Source: Pavona decussata (lineage: Eukaryota). Taken from it: a DNA stretch of 64,000 bases. The notes under the pieces are model-generated. The model worked only from the letters and a program-made list of their open reading frames with translations. It searched no databases and was not told the origin of the DNA. The position numbers and the translations under genes are program-made. Shown here one piece after another: positions 63,730 to 64,000 of the stretch (within the stretch, counting starts at the first letter, position 1; every line of letters begins with the position of its first letter). The stretch is taken from positions 5,084,001-5,148,000 of the forward strand of contig CDRNST010000104.1 of assembly GCA_977016875.1 (NCBI GenBank). The letters run 5' to 3'.

Positions 63730-64000
63730 GTAACTATGGTTCTTGTGAGTTATTAAAGGCAAACTAACCTAAATCTCTGATATCATAATTGTGTTGCTTT
63801 CCATGTTTAAGGCTATTTAATCAACCAAGGACAAAAGGGTTGTAACAAATTCGAATTTAAGATGTCTTCATAGTTCTGCAATGGAAACAATTGGTGCATG
63901 AGAAAGTAAAATATTTGGTCACTGACCCCCATCTCAGTGCAATGTTGAGTCCATCGTGGGACTTCAAAATTTAATGGGGGTAGGGTGAGAGGGAATACAA

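Overview
Eukaryotic (animal) genomic DNA, most likely a scleractinian coral or related anthozoan. This is inferred from an intron-containing BCCT transporter, cnidarian-style SINE/MITE families, hammerhead-bearing Penelope-like repeats and mosaic CpG depletion. Hand-assembled GT-AG gene models: (1) a 4-exon BCCT-family glycine-betaine-type transporter (4046-11884, +, 740 aa) with a C-terminal Cys-poor PLAC8/cornifelin-like extension and a PDZ-ligand-like tail; (2) a 9-exon DEAF1 homolog (15540-24667, +, 523 aa) with SAND domain and NES/coiled coil but no visible MYND finger; (3) a single-coding-exon class A GPCR (32020-33081, +) with an in-frame TGA exactly at the TM6 CWxP tryptophan; (4,5) two paralogous 3-exon genes (- strand, 37141-38412 and 45516-48892) for ~95-99 aa single-pass membrane microproteins sharing an invariant 18-aa motif with only synonymous changes; (6) two exons of a probable Mutator-like transposase-associated gene running off the right end. 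The remainder is intronic/intergenic DNA dense in MITEs, tRNA-derived SINEs, LINE and Crypton fragments, with three N gaps. Most short ORFs in the supplied track are spurious. All family assignments come from recalled motifs; no searches were run.
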